A DNA stretch of 64,000 bases, taken from the NCBI RefSeq assembly GCF_006345805.1, contig NC_042999.1:100688001-100752000 (forward strand), given 5' to 3'. The notes beneath the pieces were generated by a model, which searched no databases, had not been told where the DNA came from, and saw only the letters and a program-made list of their open reading frames with translations. The DNA comes from Octopus sinensis (taxonomy: Eukaryota). Each line of letters opens with the position of its first letter. Position 1 is the stretch's first letter. Below, in pieces: positions 63,979 to 64,000 of this stretch. The translations under genes and the position numbers were made by a program.

Positions 63979-64000
63979 AAATGGCAGGCTTCCTACAGTT

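Overview
Eukaryotic, AT-rich, microsatellite-saturated non-genic DNA. The SINE and LINE sequences and (TA)n/(CA)n/(CAT)n density look like an octopus (coleoid cephalopod) genome; this is inferred, not verified. I found no host protein-coding gene, rRNA, tRNA gene or CRISPR array. Almost all ORFs in the supplied track are microsatellite or transposon-relic artefacts. The window is a patchwork of decayed mobile elements: RTE-clade LINEs (many 5'-truncated 3' ends with (GAT)n tails), CR1/L2-like and R4/Dong-like LINE ends, four tRNA-derived SINE types, a Helitron fragment, a rosa/DD41D-like Tc1/mariner transposase fragment, and mariner- and piggyBac-type MITEs. The most interesting signal is a set of nine minimal type-I hammerhead ribozyme (HHR) motifs at eight loci, from about seven unrelated sequence contexts. 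They have a self-complementary helix III, the dimer-type architecture known from Penelope-like elements (PLEs). One lies just downstream of a clear GIY-YIG endonuclease relic and one downstream of a fainter relic. Others sit in non-coding elements that end at (TA)n. Three loci have unusually long (56-92 nt) helix-II inserts, and one of these is duplicated as a 182-bp-arm palindrome. The copy at 15140-15182 (minus strand) has an intact catalytic core. Also notable are an RTE insertion with twin-priming geometry, several fold-back inversions, and a ~1.3 kb tandem duplication. Coordinates of degenerate elements are approximate (about +/-20 bp); HHR core coordinates were counted by hand.
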